In this document: one piece after another, positions 1-11,056 of the stretch
Layout of the letters: every line of letters begins with the position of its first letter
Position numbering within the stretch: position 1 is the stretch's first letter
Assembly (NCBI GenBank): GCA_002724555.1
Contig: PBOZ01000030.1
Location: 7,799 to 71,798, forward strand
Length of the DNA: 64,000 nucleotides
Source of the DNA: Rickettsiales bacterium
Lineage (GTDB): Bacteria; Pseudomonadota; Alphaproteobacteria; UBA8366
Direction: 5' to 3'
Notes under the pieces: generated by a model
What the model saw: only the letters and a program-made list of their open reading frames with translations
What the model was told of the DNA's origin: nothing
The model's database searches: none
Program-made: the position numbers and the translations under genes

Positions 1-831
<831 letters not shown>

Positions 832-1374
832 CATAGGGGCAGCAGACAAAAATTTTAAAATGTGCGAATGCAACGTTCGAAATGCCAACGCCAATAGCGT
901 AAAATAGAGTGAGGTTATGTGAACGAGCATGTTTTCAAAGCCGCATGGAGTTTCGCTTTGTCGGTCCAAAATCGCATTTCACCTCGCTGCCACGGGTTTT
1001 ACCTTAGCTAAGGCCACTTAATTCGAGGGGCTGCCGAATTCGCGTGGGATAAACTTTGGTCATTACCTAGAAACGGATTTGTCTTGCATAGAAGCTAAAA
1101 ATTCTTTTAACAAAGGTATTTAAGGGACTATTCTTCATCTTGGGTCCGGGTTTATAGTACTGAGGCATTGTGATTCTTAACTCATAAGGCAGGGGTGGAT
1201 GTTGAGAGTAGTTTCATCCGTTGACTGAGAGTAACGGCGGAAGCTGTTTAATCATGGCGCAAAAAAGAAGTTTTATATTTGCGAAATTTTTTCACATTCA
1301 CCGCCATGCGGCGCGAGGTTCAGCCTAATCGGCTGCTGTGCGTCGCCGGACTGTGTGATCGGGAAGGGTAATAG

Positions 1375-2421
<1,047 letters not shown>

Positions 2422-2461
2422 AACACTCAAAATTTTCACAATTTAATGCTCAGGCGATATC

Positions 2462-3346
2462 GTGCCGGAAAATACAGGACCTAAAGTACGAACAGCAGCT
2501 CCACTGCGCGGATTTGCGCAGAGATGTGTTTTGTTGTTTTTACTTAGCGCATCTATCGGGCTTTTAATGCTTGGTCGGATGGACACTACGCTTCTCGAAG
2601 AGGCACGTATAGCACTCACTGATTCCACAGCCCCCATTCTTGAAGCACTATCTCGTCCAGCGGCAACTATCTCCGACATCGTTGGTAACGTGCGAGAGCT
2701 CACAAATTTGAGACAGGATAACTTAGCACTTAAGGCAGAAAATGCGCGCCTCTTGCAATGGCAACAGGTAGCAAGAACGCTTTTGGCTGAAAACGATCAG
2801 CTGCGAACGCTTATGAATTTTACGAGCGATGCCGTCGTCAAATCAGTTGTCGGACGAGTTATCGGCGATACCAGCGGTCCTTTTATTCGAAGCCTGTTGG
2901 TGAATGCGGGTCTTCGAGAAGGCGTCAAACCTGGCCATGCCGCCGTAACGGCGGGCGGCTTACTCGGACGCGTGGCATCTGCCGGTGAACGATCGTCGCG
3001 CATCTTGTTGATTAGCGACTTGAACAGTCGCATTCCTGTTCTAATCGAAAGCACTAGAGCCCGAGCCATGCTGACCGGCGACAATACACGCCGGCCACGC
3101 CTAACATTTTTTTCCGCAAATATTGAAATCGGAATCGGTTCACGTATCGCGACATCCGGCCATGGAGGTATGTTTCCAACCGGTATCGCCATAGGGACGG
3201 TAACTGAAATTGGAGATGCTGGCATCCGAATCGAGCCGTTCTCAAGCCCAGATCAATTAGAATATGTCCGCCTGGTGGACTTTGGTCTTAACGGGATTAT
3301 AAGCGAAAAGCAAACATCCCAATCACAGAGATTCGGCACTCCATAA
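2462..3346 (+). CDS. mreC: Rod shape-determining protein MreC
   Basis: N-terminal TM helix, coiled coil (LRQDNLALKAEN), TSGHGGMFPTG beta domain; follows mreB. Confidence 0.95.
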   Translation: MPENTGPKVRTAAPLRGFAQRCVLLFLLSASIGLLMLGRMDTTLLEEARIALTDSTAPILEALSRPAATISDIVGNVRELTNLRQDNLALKAENARLLQWQQVARTLLAENDQLRTLMNFTSDAVVKSVVGRVIGDTSGPFIRSLLVNAGLREGVKPGHAAVTAGGLLGRVASAGERSSRILLISDLNSRIPVLIESTRARAMLTGDNTRRPRLTFFSANIEIGIGSRIATSGHGGMFPTGIAIGTVTEIGDAGIRIEPFSSPDQLEYVRLVDFGLNGIISEKQTSQSQRFGTP

Positions 3347-3861
3347 TGAGGACGGCGGTCTGGCAAAGCCTGGACATTGCCGCACGCAAGTTCACACCAT
3401 TTCTGGTTGCACTTGCCCTTGTAATCGTCAATCTGGTTCCGCTGCATCTACCGGGATATGCAACCATCTCACCGGACCTAGTGCTCATGGCCGTTTATTA
3501 TTGGGCACTACACCGACCTTCACTGATGCCCGCGATTGCAGTATTTATTCTTGGCTTGTTTCAAGATTTTCTCTCGGGCGGTCCAATTGGACTGAGCGCC
3601 GGATCACTCATCTTAGTATTTGCCGTCGCCGTTTCACAAGCCCGTTTCTTTTATGGTAAATCCTTCCTTGTCGTATGGTGGGGCTTTATGATGGTGTCGG
3701 TCGGCGTGGGCATCATTCAGTGGAGTGTAGCCTGCATTTTCTTAGGAAGGTTAATATCGCCGGATCCCGCTTTATTTGAATGCGCGATGAATATCGCTGC
3801 CTATCCAATCTTAGGTTGGCTGTTTTTCCAGATACACCGCACTCTTCCTGCTGGAGATTAA
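3346..3861 (+). CDS. mreD: Rod shape-determining protein MreD
   Basis: Hydrophobic 171 aa with PDL..YW and GLFQD motifs; TAATG overlap with mreC. Confidence 0.93.
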   Translation: MRTAVWQSLDIAARKFTPFLVALALVIVNLVPLHLPGYATISPDLVLMAVYYWALHRPSLMPAIAVFILGLFQDFLSGGPIGLSAGSLILVFAVAVSQARFFYGKSFLVVWWGFMMVSVGVGIIQWSVACIFLGRLISPDPALFECAMNIAAYPILGWLFFQIHRTLPAGD

Positions 3862-3867
3862 ATAGAA

Positions 3868-5721
3868 ATGCAGCTGGAAAAACTGCGCTACAAAGCTTTT
3901 GGTCGACGGGCGGCTGTGCTGGGAATTGCCAAACTCCTCCTCTTAGGAGGTCTATGCGGCCGCTTGTATTATCTGCAGGTCGTTGAATCTAAGCGTTATA
4001 AGATGTTGGCTGATGAGAATCGAATCAACTTACGGCTCTTGGTACCGCCGCGCGGTCATATCGTTGACCGGTACGGCGCGCCGCTCGCCGTGAACATCCA
4101 GAACTACCGTGTCGTTATGGTGCCAGAGCAGGCGCTCAACGTCGAAGAATCATTAGCGCGCTTAAAAACCATCGTAGAGATCAGTGAGTATGATCGTCGC
4201 AACGTTCTGAAGGAGGCCCGCCGCCGTCGAGCCTTCATGCCGATTACTGTTCGTGAAAACTTGGAATGGGACGAAGTGAGTCGGATAGAGGTCAATGCCC
4301 CAGATTTACCGGGAATCAGCATTGATGTTGGCCAGTCGCGTTATTACCCCAACGGTAAAGTCGCCGCACATGTGGTGGGGTACGTATCCGCAGTTTCCGA
4401 AAAGGATTTAACCGGCGACCCTTTGCTTGAATTGCCCGGTTACCGGATCGGCAAAAACGGCATCGAACGCCAACATGAACTGGAGCTTCGGGGCACGGCA
4501 GGTAGCAGTCAAGTCGAAGTTAACGCCGTAGGCCGAATCATCAAGGAGCTTAAACGAACCGAGGGCAGACCCGGGCAACGTGTGGTTCTTACCCTGAGCT
4601 TAAACTTACAAAAATTTATCACCGAGCGGATCGCTCGCTATAGGCGCGCGTCGGTTGTCGTCATTGACGTTCGCTCGGGTGAAATTTTATCGATGGTGTC
4701 AGTCCCTGCCTTTGACCCCAACGGTTTTAATCTTGGCCTCGACGCAAAAGCATGGAATGCACTTGCAGAAAACTCGGATGCACCGCTAAACAACAAGGCT
4801 ATTTCCGGACAGTACGCTCCCGGCTCTACTTACAAAATCGCTGTTATGCTAGCCGCACTAGAACATGGTATTTCTCCTGATCATAATGTTTTCTGCACCG
4901 GCTTTAGCGAACTCGGCAGCCAGCGTTTCCACTGTTGGCACAAGCACGGACACGGTTTGGTATCGATGATTGATGCGATGCGTGAATCCTGCGACGTGTA
5001 TTTCTATGAGCTCGCACTAAAACTTGGCGTCGATCGCATCGCGCAAACCGCACGAAAACTGGGCCTGGGAGAAACTTTAGACCTCGAGCTGCCCGGTGAG
5101 AAGAATGGCTTAATCCCAACTCGGGCTTGGAAACAAAAGCACTTTGGAAAATCCTGGCTCAAGGGAGAAACCTTGGTTGCCGCAATTGGTCAGGGTTACG
5201 TGTTGACTACACCTCTTCAGCTCGCCGTTATGACGGCCCGTTGCGTCAACGGCGGGTACGCGGTGATGCCAAAGCTCACGCGCGATGCAATCGATGAGGG
5301 CAGCGACAGAGCAAATGCCGCAGATTTTCCGCCGGTTGGTATTTCAGCCCGGTCGCGGCAAATACTGATGCATTCACTTGACGAAGCTATGAACCATCCA
5401 CGCGGCACCGCCTATAGGTCCCGCATTTCTGAACCGGGCCGCGTCGCTGGCGGTAAAACTGGAACGGCTCAGGTTCGTCGAATTACGATGATCGAACGTG
5501 AAAGCGGGGTTAAAAAGAACAAAGAAAAGCCATGGCGTGAGCGCGACCATTCGTTGTTCGTCGGATACGCTCCGGTTGATCAACCGCGCTATGCAGTGTC
5601 TGTCGTAGTCGAACACAGCGGCGGCGGTTCGAGGACTGCCGCTCCGATCGCCCACGATGTACTAAAGGAAGTTCAGCGCCTATACGCGCCCAGTCAATTA
5701 GCGAAACGCGGAGCATCTTAA
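3868..5721 (+). CDS. mrdA: Penicillin-binding protein 2
   Basis: PGSTYK (SxxK), SCDVYFY and KTGTAQ transpeptidase motifs; operon position. Confidence 0.96.
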   Translation: MQLEKLRYKAFGRRAAVLGIAKLLLLGGLCGRLYYLQVVESKRYKMLADENRINLRLLVPPRGHIVDRYGAPLAVNIQNYRVVMVPEQALNVEESLARLKTIVEISEYDRRNVLKEARRRRAFMPITVRENLEWDEVSRIEVNAPDLPGISIDVGQSRYYPNGKVAAHVVGYVSAVSEKDLTGDPLLELPGYRIGKNGIERQHELELRGTAGSSQVEVNAVGRIIKELKRTEGRPGQRVVLTLSLNLQKFITERIARYRRASVVVIDVRSGEILSMVSVPAFDPNGFNLGLDAKAWNALAENSDAPLNNKAISGQYAPGSTYKIAVMLAALEHGISPDHNVFCTGFSELGSQRFHCWHKHGHGLVSMIDAMRESCDVYFYELALKLGVDRIAQTARKLGLGETLDLELPGEKNGLIPTRAWKQKHFGKSWLKGETLVAAIGQGYVLTTPLQLAVMTARCVNGGYAVMPKLTRDAIDEGSDRANAADFPPVGISARSRQILMHSLDEAMNHPRGTAYRSRISEPGRVAGGKTGTAQVRRITMIERESGVKKNKEKPWRERDHSLFVGYAPVDQPRYAVSVVVEHSGGGSRTAAPIAHDVLKEVQRLYAPSQLAKRGAS

Positions 5722-6872
5722 TGATCAGCCGTGACACTATTAATCCGGCTGTTATGACACTCGGCCAGCGACTTTGGCATTTGAACTGGTTTCTCATTCT
5801 TCTGATCTGCGCACTCGCAAGCGTCGGCTTCATGATGCTATATTCAGCTGGTAATGGCAGCTATTCGCCCTGGGCGGAGCGGCAAATGCTTCGATTTGGG
5901 CTCGGAATGTGTATCATGTTGGCGATTGCGTTGACGGATATCCGAATTTGGCTCAAATATGCATATTTATTCTATGCCGGTTCCTTGATCATGTTGATTG
6001 CCGTAGAGGCTGTCGGTACCGTGGGCATGGGTGCACAGAGATGGATCGACCTCAAAGTGTTTCACCTACAGCCGTCAGAATTAATGAAAATCGCATTAGT
6101 ACTGGCATTAGCACGTTATTTCCATGGATTGAGCTTAGACGAAGTTGCACGCCCGACCTACCTCGTTTTACCCACTCTTTTGGTAGCTGCACCTATAGCC
6201 TTGGTAATGCGCCAACCAGATCTTGGGACTTCCCTTTTATTACTCATGGGAAGCGGCGCGATGTTTTTCCTCGCCGGTGTACGTATGTGGAAATTTGTCT
6301 TGGTGGGCTTAACCTGCTTGTCCGCAATTCCAGTCATTTGGTCAATGCTGCATGTCTACCAGAAAAAGAGGATCATGACTTTCCTCTCACCTGAGAGTGA
6401 TCCCCTTGGCGCTGGTTATCATGCGTTGCAGTCATTTATAGCTCTTGGCTCGGGCGGCGTATCGGGCAAAGGCTTCCTGAAAGGAACGCAAAGCCACCTC
6501 TCTTTCCTGCCCGAGATGCAGACGGACTTTATCTTTACCATGTACGCAGAAGAGTTCGGTTTGATTGGCGGGATATTACTTTTGGCGCTTTACACAATAG
6601 TGGTGGCCTACACCTTCGCCATTGCAATGCGCTCACGCAATCATTTCGGACGGCTCGTTTGTATGGGTATCGCGACTATGTTTTTCCTCTACTTCTTCGT
6701 TAATATTGCGATGGTCACTGGCCTTACACCTGTCGTTGGTGTCCCGCTTCCACTCATCTCTTACGGCGGCACCGCCATGATGACTGTTTTGATCGGCTTT
6801 GGACTAGTTATGAACGTCTCTATACACCGGGATATGCTTATTAGCCGCCATGGTGAAGTTTCAAATACGTAA
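5721..6872 (+). CDS. rodA: Rod shape-determining SEDS protein RodA
   Basis: GAQRWI, QPSELMK, QPDLGT, TDFIF and PLISYGG SEDS motifs; coupled to mrdA. Confidence 0.96.
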   Translation: MISRDTINPAVMTLGQRLWHLNWFLILLICALASVGFMMLYSAGNGSYSPWAERQMLRFGLGMCIMLAIALTDIRIWLKYAYLFYAGSLIMLIAVEAVGTVGMGAQRWIDLKVFHLQPSELMKIALVLALARYFHGLSLDEVARPTYLVLPTLLVAAPIALVMRQPDLGTSLLLLMGSGAMFFLAGVRMWKFVLVGLTCLSAIPVIWSMLHVYQKKRIMTFLSPESDPLGAGYHALQSFIALGSGGVSGKGFLKGTQSHLSFLPEMQTDFIFTMYAEEFGLIGGILLLALYTIVVAYTFAIAMRSRNHFGRLVCMGIATMFFLYFFVNIAMVTGLTPVVGVPLPLISYGGTAMMTVLIGFGLVMNVSIHRDMLISRHGEVSNT

Positions 6873-6965
6873 GGCCTGTCGCAGCGGGCGGAAATGCGTG
6901 CCGAATCCTGATTCCGCTCTATCTACTATTCAGTTCAAAAATCAATTTCTAGACGGACGAATATT

Positions 6966-7754
6966 ATGCCTGACACCTCGAACACCGAAAACCTTGTCAC
7001 CTACACATCCAAAAATCAGATCGCGACGATCACGATCAATCGGCCGGACAAACTAAATGCATTATCGAACGGTGTCGTCGCACAGCTTCGCGATGCAATG
7101 TTGCGCCTCCAGGCAAGCAACGACATGTGTGCGATAGTCACCGCGACAGGCGACCGTGCTTTCTCAGTAGGGGCGGATTTACGGGATCCGCCGCGCGACC
7201 CCCAACTCTGGGAATGCATGCCCGGTGTTGGAGTTGATGTCGACAAACCGCTGGTGGCTGCAGTCTCGGGTTATTGCGTCGGCGGAGCCTTCTGCCTAGT
7301 TCAATTCTGCGATTTTGCCGTCGCCTCTGAAAGCGCCGATTTCTTTTATCCGGAAGCCCAGATTGGTTTCTGTGGAGGTTTGATTGCCGGCCTTGCAGCC
7401 CGGCTACCCCATAAGGTCGCCATGGAGTTCATGCTAACCGGCAAACATTTTAGCGCCGCGCGCGCCTATGAAGTTGGCATGGTGAATAAAGTCGTGCCGG
7501 TTGGCGAGCAAGTAAACGCAGCAATGGAATATGCCGAGATAATGAGAAATAGCGCCCCAATGGTGGTGCGCACCGTCAAACGCTTCGTGCGCGACACAGT
7601 CATCAACCGCGGACCATCCGAACAAAGTGCCCTGGCCCAACGCGAACTACTCTCGATTAGCCGTGGTGAAGATCAACAGGAAGGCGGGCGCGCCTTTAAA
7701 GAAAAACGTAAACCCATCTTCAAAGAAGATTGGAATAAGCCGCCCCTATCGTAA
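6966..7754 (+). CDS. Enoyl-CoA hydratase/isomerase family protein
   Basis: NRPDKLNAL, AFSVGADL, PEAQIG and EGGRAFKEKRKP crotonase motifs. Confidence 0.9.
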   Translation: MPDTSNTENLVTYTSKNQIATITINRPDKLNALSNGVVAQLRDAMLRLQASNDMCAIVTATGDRAFSVGADLRDPPRDPQLWECMPGVGVDVDKPLVAAVSGYCVGGAFCLVQFCDFAVASESADFFYPEAQIGFCGGLIAGLAARLPHKVAMEFMLTGKHFSAARAYEVGMVNKVVPVGEQVNAAMEYAEIMRNSAPMVVRTVKRFVRDTVINRGPSEQSALAQRELLSISRGEDQQEGGRAFKEKRKPIFKEDWNKPPLS

Positions 7755-7825
7755 GCATACGATCAAATACAAGAACCATCGTTAACCGTCCGGGTTTTCT
7801 GCATCCTCGCTTTTAAATTTGAACG

Positions 7826-7902
7826 GAGCGTATAGCTCAGTTAGCAATTCCGCTGACTTTGGAAATAAGAGTTCCAAAGTTCGAGCCCTTGTACGCTCAT
7901 CA
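7826..7902 (+). pseudogene. Degenerate full-length tRNA-like element (tRNA-Lys-derived pseudo-tRNA)
   Basis: Perfect 7-bp acceptor stem GAGCGTA/TACGCTC, then A-TCA where ACCA is expected. TAGCTCAGTT A-box start. GCTGACT matches the tRNA-Lys anticodon 5' arm. T arm is CAAAG-TTCGAGC-CCTTG. D-stem and anticodon-stem 3' strands no longer pair. Confidence 0.75.
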
Positions 7903-8080
7903 TGTTTAATAATTTAAACACGAATTTAATTTTTATGGATGTAGTGGTTGCTGAGGCTTCGAATGGGATGATTGTTAATTTGGGCGACGATTTAAACCAG
8001 AAACGCGCAAATTCATAGGTTTGTATCTTGCTGTCTTTGGCCGGTGTGAGCAGAATTCGGGACGTAAGGAGCCGAACACG

Positions 8081-9322
8081 ATGGCAAAATTAAGTGACTT
8101 CGACGAAATTGGTCGCGACTTCTACGAGTCGATGCCGATGCCCGAGTTTACTTACACACCTTGGGTAGTGCCTAAACCCATCGCTAAAGCGCGCGTCGCG
8201 ATTATCTCCACTGCAGGCCTGCAACTACGGGGGGACAGACCTTTTTCAGTTAATTCGACAGACTACCGAATTTTACCGAGTAATGCTTCGTCTGCGGATC
8301 TCGTAATGAGCCACATTTCAATCAATTTTGACCGAAGCGGCTTTCAAAAAGATCACAATGTTGCGTTGCCAATTGACCGGCTTAATGAGTTTGTTGCAGA
8401 TGGCAAGATCGGCTCGGCCGCCGCCTTTCATTACTCATTCATGGGGGCAACGCACCCAGATAAATTAGAGTATGCTGCTAATCAACTTGCTGATGTTCTC
8501 AAGAAAGATCATGTCGATTCAGTTCTGTTAGTGCCAATTTGACCAGCTTGCACGCGCGCCGTGGGCGGGCTCAGCCACTATCTAGAACGCGCCGGTTTTG
8601 CGACAGCAGGGATAAGTCTGATCCGACTGCACAGCGAAAGAATTCATCCGCCTAGGGCGCTTTGGGTACCGTTCGAACTTGGGCGCCCGTTTGGTGTTCC
8701 CCACAACGCAGCTTTTCAAACTCGCGTTTTGCAGAAACTGATAGATTTGTTCGATAGTTCTGAGGGTCCAGTGCTTGTAGATTACCCAGAAGATGCGCCG
8801 AGTAGTGGGTCCAAGGATATGGGGGGACTTGTCTGTCCAGTACAGTTTGATGCTTCTAACATTGAAGACGAAACGTTAGAAATGGCGGTAAACCGTGAAA
8901 TCATCGAATTGTTTCCTTGGTATGACCTCGCCCGTAAGCGGCGCCAGCGCACTACCGTCGGTGTGACAGGACTGGGAATAGAAGAGGTTGCTCGTGCTCT
9001 ATCTAGGTGGTTGACTTCGTCTCCGCCAGAGGACGTCGTAAATGATCAAACGCCAGCCGCCATGTTGAAACTCGCCGTTGAAGATTTGCGGGCATTTTAC
9101 TTTGAGGCCGCGGCTGGCCAGCCACACGGAGATTCAATCAGCAGCAAACAACTCGCTGATTGGTTCTGGGGTGAGACATCTGCAGCCAAACTGCTTTTGG
9201 CTTTGCGTGAGCGCCTTATCCTCGATGAAGATCCCGCGTTACAAATGTTAGGCCACAACAGCTTAGTTCCGCGGGAGCAGTGGACACGCTTCAACATTGA
9301 TGACCGCTGGTGGAATGATTGA
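8081..9322 (+). CDS. Selenoprotein of the glycine/sarcosine/betaine/D-proline reductase B (PrdB/GrdB) family with a C-terminal extension; Sec (UGA) at 8540-8542, codon 154
   Basis: ATG at 8081 with an AAGGAG RBS. ORFs 8021..8542 and 8561..9322 are in the same frame and joined by TGA CCA GCT TGC, giving VPI-U-PAC-TRAVGGLSHYLERAG. PrdB-like motifs lie on both sides (VAIISTAG, NVALPIDRL, HYSFMG; PPRALWVPFELGRPFG). Confidence 0.85.
8546..8575 (+). promoter_or_regulatory. Putative bacterial SECIS element
   Basis: Apical stem CGCC(8557-8560)/GGCG(8564-8567) closes a GUG loop that begins 19 nt after the UGA. A bulged lower stem GC(8554-5)/GC(8569-70) and GCU(8546-8)/AGC(8573-5) was folded by eye. 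Confidence 0.6.
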
Positions 9323-9673
9323 ATTGATCTGCTCTTCGAATTAATCGCGTCACTTTTCCTTAAAGCGATCTGCCTTTAACCATTAACTGGTGAATATAAC
9401 GAATAACCTATCTGCTAAGGGTAACTATTTAGGTGATTGAACACCGTAACAGGACTATCCGCACGTTCAGCCTATTTATTGAATAATTTACAAGATCTGG
9501 TACGCAAGGGATGGCTGAATAACAGACCATCATGAAGAATCGCAGTCCCGAGACAAGAGCAAGACCTTTTGACAGCCGCAAGTGTTGGAAAACAAATCCT
9601 TAGGATCCGCAAGAGAGGCGATCGCCTCTGGTCTGTTCTGTTGGTCACAGTAAAGGCAGCAACGCGTCACTGA

Positions 9674-10366
9674 CTAAACAAATCCCTCCGGGCTTTCCGG
9701 ATAGTCAGGCTGATTATAAGGCATCGCCTTTTCAAAAGCAGGGATTTCCTGACAACGTTGGTCAATGTCACATAATGTTGGATATGGAGATAAATCGATT
9801 TCAAACAAACGCGAATTATATAGTTGGGGAACAAGATAAATATCACCTATGGTTGGTTTATCATCATAACAAAAGGGCGTTTGCTCAGTACGCTGCGTCA
9901 TAAGCGTCTCTAGAGTTTTATACCCATGATGTAACCAGTTTTCGTACCAAAGCCTCAACTCCTCTTTGGAAAAGCCATGCTTTTCCATTAGGTTGCGCCT
10001 TATACGGCGGACCCCAACCGCATGCATCTCGCACGCAATAACCTGACTAAATGCACGCGATCTGGCACGGGCAATTAAGTCTTTGGGGAATAGAGACGGG
10101 CCTTCAAATGCATCCTCAATAAATTCAACTAGGGCAGAAGATTGCACAACACGCTCGCCATTTATAACTAGGGTTGGCATTAATCCCTGAGGATTTATCA
10201 AATGATAGTCTTCTTTACTTATAGATTTACCAGCTTGCGGAACTAAACTGTCAATGCCAACTGTCTCGACCACGATATACTCATAAGGAATATTTTTAAT
10301 ATTCAACGCGGTTCTAACTCGCTGACCAGCCGAGTTGCGATAGCGAGAATAAAGTTTCAAATCCAT
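9674..10366 (-). CDS. maiA: Maleylacetoacetate isomerase (zeta-class GST)
   Basis: NSAGQRVR, INPQGLMP, QSSALVEFI, DIYLVPQLYNSR and PYNQPD motifs. Confidence 0.82.
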   Translation of the reverse strand: MDLKLYSRYRNSAGQRVRTALNIKNIPYEYIVVETVGIDSLVPQAGKSISKEDYHLINPQGLMPTLVINGERVVQSSALVEFIEDAFEGPSLFPKDLIARARSRAFSQVIACEMHAVGVRRIRRNLMEKHGFSKEELRLWYENWLHHGYKTLETLMTQRTEQTPFCYDDKPTIGDIYLVPQLYNSRLFEIDLSPYPTLCDIDQRCQEIPAFEKAMPYNQPDYPESPEGFV

Positions 10367-10484
10367 AAGAGATTCATCCTAAAAATTCTAACGATAAAAT
10401 TATACTTACATTTCATATTGGATGGATCTTACCCACCAACTTTGGTACTATCGTATGGGCAAATTTCAAAGGATTTCTGATTAA

Positions 10485-10910
10485 ATGGAAACTCTCGATC
10501 CATCAATCTATGGCTTCAATGTATCGGATTTAATTTCCTTCATAAAATATTTTTGCACCGCAGCAATTTTGATAGCAATTTATATAGGAATATACATCGC
10601 AATAACGCCTCATGCTGAAATTAAACTCATAAAAGAAAACAATTCGTCTGCCGCAATCGCACTCTCTGGCAGCTTAATGGGATTTTCTTTACCTATAGCG
10701 ATCATCATTGCTCATTCATCAAGCCTACTAAGCTGTGTAGTATGGGGTATTATCGCACTAATAACACAGATAATAGTTTTCTATTTAGCCCGCTCTATTG
10801 TTCCCAAAATTTCCGATAAAATTGAAAATGGAGAAATCGCGAGTGGCATTTGGTTAGGTGCAGCGTCGCTTACTGGTGGAATTATTAATGCAGCTTGCAT
10901 GACATACTAA
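10485..10910 (+). CDS. DUF350 (YjfL-like) membrane protein
   Basis: ITPHAEIKLIKENNSSAA and KIENGEIASG repeats; 4 TM segments; ends in AACMTY. Confidence 0.85.
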   Translation: METLDPSIYGFNVSDLISFIKYFCTAAILIAIYIGIYIAITPHAEIKLIKENNSSAAIALSGSLMGFSLPIAIIIAHSSSLLSCVVWGIIALITQIIVFYLARSIVPKISDKIENGEIASGIWLGAASLTGGIINAACMTY

Positions 10911-11056
10911 TATTGTTTGCGCCAATAAATTTAAGGATGGAATAACGTCACGATTTCATCTCTTAGGAACAAGTGAGGTAATATTTCCGCTGCAGTGGCG
11001 ACCAGCAACTTTGAGATTGTTTGGCAATAAAATAAAGAGGGTGGAAGCAGAAAAAT

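Noticed and set aside
1095-1125. CtrA box upstream of mreB (TTAA...TTAA)
   Set aside because: Spacer is 9 nt, not the canonical 7.
7826-7902. Functional tRNA (Gln-TTG, Pro-TGG) or tRNA-Sec
   Set aside because: Anticodon and D stems do not pair, the end is TCA rather than CCA, and there is no TCA anticodon or long variable arm.
8021-9322. Two separate genes, or a nonsense pseudogene
   Set aside because: The stop falls exactly at the family's Sec position in UxxC, both halves are otherwise intact and in frame, and a SECIS-like hairpin follows.
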